DNA of 64,000 nucleotides from Podarcis cretensis (Eukaryota): positions 66,898,001 to 66,962,000 of the forward strand of contig OX638150.1 in assembly GCA_951804945.1 (NCBI GenBank), written 5' to 3'. Under the pieces are notes generated by a model. The model searched no databases, was not told the DNA's origin, and saw only the letters and a program-made list of their open reading frames with translations. The stretch's first letter is position 1; each line of letters starts with the position of its first letter. Shown here one piece after another: positions 61,005-64,000 of the stretch. The position numbers and the translations under genes are program-made.

Positions 61005-61425
61005 ACTAAAACCTCCCTCGTCCATGATCTGATTGTGGATGAGGAGGCTGATCTGATCTGTATCACTGAGACCTGGGTGGGAGAGGAAGGATAGAGACAT
61101 CTTACTCAGCTGTGCCCACCTGGGTATTCAGTGCAGTGTCAGGTCAGGCTTGAGAGTCAAGAAGGGGGAGTTGCTGTGGTGTTTACAATCTCTCTCTCTC
61201 TCTCTCTCTCCAGGCTAGGTTGGGGCAAGGTGGTTTGAGCATATAATGCCAATCCTGTCCTGACTTCACTGGCTGACAGTTAGTTTCTAGGCCCAATTCA
61301 AAGTGCTGGTTTTGACCTATAAAGCTTTAGTTAATTTGAATCATGAAGGTCCTTCTTCGTATGCCTCCTCTGCAAGAGGTCCAGAGAATGGGTCTTTTCT
61401 GCAGTGGCTCCCCATTTGTGGAATG
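61005..61425 (+). mobile_element. L2 LINE remnant: APE endonuclease N-terminus next to 3'-terminal ORF2 pieces
   Basis: KTSLVHDLIVDEEADLICITETW...LCPPGYSV...GGVAV, then QFKVLVLTYKAL (61294-61329) and a gtggctccccatttgtggaat motif. Confidence 0.8.
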
Positions 61426-63552
61426 ATATTTTGCTTTGGATATATACTGAATGTGTTTTTTTTGTTATAAGAATCCCAAGGTCTCAAATACAGAATAAAT
61501 GTTCATAAATGAACAAGGCAAACACACATTCATAAGTATATAAACCACAAGTCTGTAATATTACAAGAGAGCAATCTTGAAACTGTTTTGACTCTCAAAA
61601 ATTGACCTCAAATATTTCTCTTCAAGGAGGAAGGAAATGGGGAAAGCTTTCCAATTGTCATTGGACTGTAGGGGCTTATACCTCCCTGCAAATGCAGTCT
61701 GGCAAGTATAAGCTGAGGAAACTATCAATATGTGTAAGAGATTCAGTAACTAAAATGTTTACCATCTCAAAGGAATGGCCAAGCTACCCAGAAAATGCAT
61801 TCAAGTAAGGCATTATCAGGTATCCTGGCAGACAGGAGAGAAGCAACACTCTCAAATTTCTGCTGGAGACTGCCTCCTTCTGTGATGTATGTATGATGTT
61901 TTGCTGGGTGGTCTTGGGCTACAGGGTGGGCAATTTCAAAAGTATTTTGGGGGGCTTGTGCACCATTGTTCAGGGTGTCTCCAACTCCTTACAAGGAGGG
62001 AAGCGAACTCTGTTGCAACAGAAAAATAAAGATTGGCCTTGCTCCATGGATCTTGCCTCCATCCATCCATCTGGACTTTGGGGACTCAGTCCCTTGGGGA
62101 GTTCGGCAGCAAAAGCCAAACCCACCTTTGTTTTCTATAATACTTTCTTCAATGTTTTATTCTGGATTGTTTTATTTGATGTTTTATGTAGCTTATGAGA
62201 GATTTTTCTTTAAAATATAAAGCATATAGAAATTATTATTATTACTGCTACGGAAAATGACTAGTCTTCCCATCGTTGCATTATTCCCCTGAGAGCATGA
62301 AAATATATTCAACACACAGGTAATTCCACACCCATCCCACCCTTCCCCTCTGTCATGGTATACTTTATATAGTTCATCATTGTTGCAAACCATATATACA
62401 CAATATATAGTTGTATAACTAATCAATGATACATGTTTCTTCCTTGTGAAATACATAATTAAGTTCTGAACATTTTTAGTTCACCTTCGGACTTTTCCCT
62501 CCATTCATTATCCGCCATGCGTTTGCTCTAATTATTGAGAATGGTTGGGAAGGGTGAGAGAGTCACTCACATATCACATTTTGCTCACCATCTTTCTTCA
62601 TGCCCGTCTGATTTAGTTACACTTGGTCAGGCTTTTTTGGCTGCCCTTTGAACCACAGTGAATAACTCACAGCCTCAAGGAAGGCATGTTTTAGAACAAA
62701 GGAGCTGTGGTGCCACCCTGAGGTAAAAAAAATAAATAGTGGAAATGCACATCAAGGCAAATCTTTGAAGGGAAAGGTGGGGAAGAATCCTGACCTTTTA
62801 AAAGACAGGCGAATAAAGCACACAATAGCAAGGTAGGGGATAATCTAGTCAATGAGTCAACCAATTGGTATTCCTTTCAACAAATTGACTGTATCAGAGA
62901 CATAAAGAGTATTGTGGGTGTTTTTCAAAAAAACAAAACCCAAAGAAGCAGTCTAGGGCACGCTGAATCTTAGAAGCTCCCCCTTCACTCATTTTCCCAG
63001 TTCAGATGTTTGGTTTCTAAGATACAGAGTAGATAAGGGGACTGCAGTGTCCCCCTGCACATGAAAAAGCAGTTTGGAGAAAAATTACCAGAAGGGAGTT
63101 AAGCAGCTACTCTGTGCTCACTGTTCTTTTAGTCACATGCAGACCGCTTCAGAATGCTTTGGATTAAAAACAGAAAGGAAGAGGGGGAGAATCACATAGC
63201 TCTGCTTAACATGTAATTTAAGCCTTTGTGCCGTGCCCTACTAGAACAGAGGCAATCTCCTGCCATGGGAATGTATGTGACTTCATAAACACAGTGGTGC
63301 TCCATCACACATTGCTGTTTTGTGTAATATGATCTTGAGAACAAAGTTCCAGTCCTCCTGAAGTAGGTTATAACTACAGCAAATCAGCAGGCTCTGTAAC
63401 AAAACTTTTGTACTAGAAGAATCAATGTTAGTTGTGAATCAACACTCTGTTTTATGTGGATGTGCATTCACTTGTACTGCGTTCAAAGGAATTTAAATGT
63501 ATGCAGCTGCTCCTAAACTTTATATCATATTTTGCTGCTGCCAACCCAGCTA

Positions 63553-63775
63553 CAGTAGTACCGCGGGTTAAGAACTTAATTCGTTCTGGAGGTCCGTTCT
63601 TAACCTGAAACTGTTCTTAACCTGAGGTACCACTTTAGCTAATGGGGCCTCTCGCTGCCGCTGCGTGATTTCTGTTCTCATCCTGAAGCAAAGTTCTTAA
63701 CCCGAGGTACTATTTCTGGAGTCTGTAACCTGAAGCATCTGTAACCTAAAGCATATGTAACCTGAGGTACCACTG
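63553..63775 (+). mobile_element. Tigger/pogo-like MITE, same family
   Basis: TIRs and TA TSD. Confidence 0.9.
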
Positions 63776-64000
63776 TATTTGCTTTCAATTCAGGGGCTCC
63801 AACATGCCAAAGATACTCTTCTGCCTACAAAGGTTTTCCCCATTCACTTGAGCAGAAGGCAGCCTTGATACCCATTCACACGGTAAGTATCGTTTCTGCC
63901 ACAGCTCTTTATTACAGGAACATTTGAAGAGGTCTTTCACTCTGAAAGCCTGAGCATGCAGGTATTCACAGCAAGCATGCAAGAATACAAATTTTTGAAC

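Overview
Eukaryotic DNA from a squamate reptile. The Sauria SINE variants and MITE families point to a lacertid lizard such as Podarcis (inference). The only host gene I can support is delta-sarcoglycan (SGCD) on the + strand: the penultimate coding exon (19844-19967), the terminal coding exon (21913-22086), then a 3'UTR containing a 146-nt N gap. Everything upstream of 19844 is intron. Two large retroelements stand out. (1) A very young, near-intact Ty1/copia LTR retrotransposon (6600-11630, minus strand) lies antisense in the SGCD intron. It has essentially identical 316-bp LTRs, a half-tRNA-iMet type primer site, one frameshift in RT and a missing TSD that a 9-bp microhomology deletion would explain. 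(2) A 5'-truncated Ngaro-type tyrosine-recombinase (DIRS-order) retrotransposon (52827-~57510, minus strand) carries gag zinc finger, RT, RNase H, YR and SGNH-hydrolase remnants. It ends in B1-A2-B2 split direct repeats that are 99.6% identical although the ORFs are decayed, and its YR appears chimeric. The rest is a dense mix of SINEs, L2/CR1 fragments, Tc1/mariner and hAT MITEs, a solo LTR and microsatellites. Nearly all other short ORFs in the track are spurious. I see no new host pathway; the most unusual biology is in the two retroelements.
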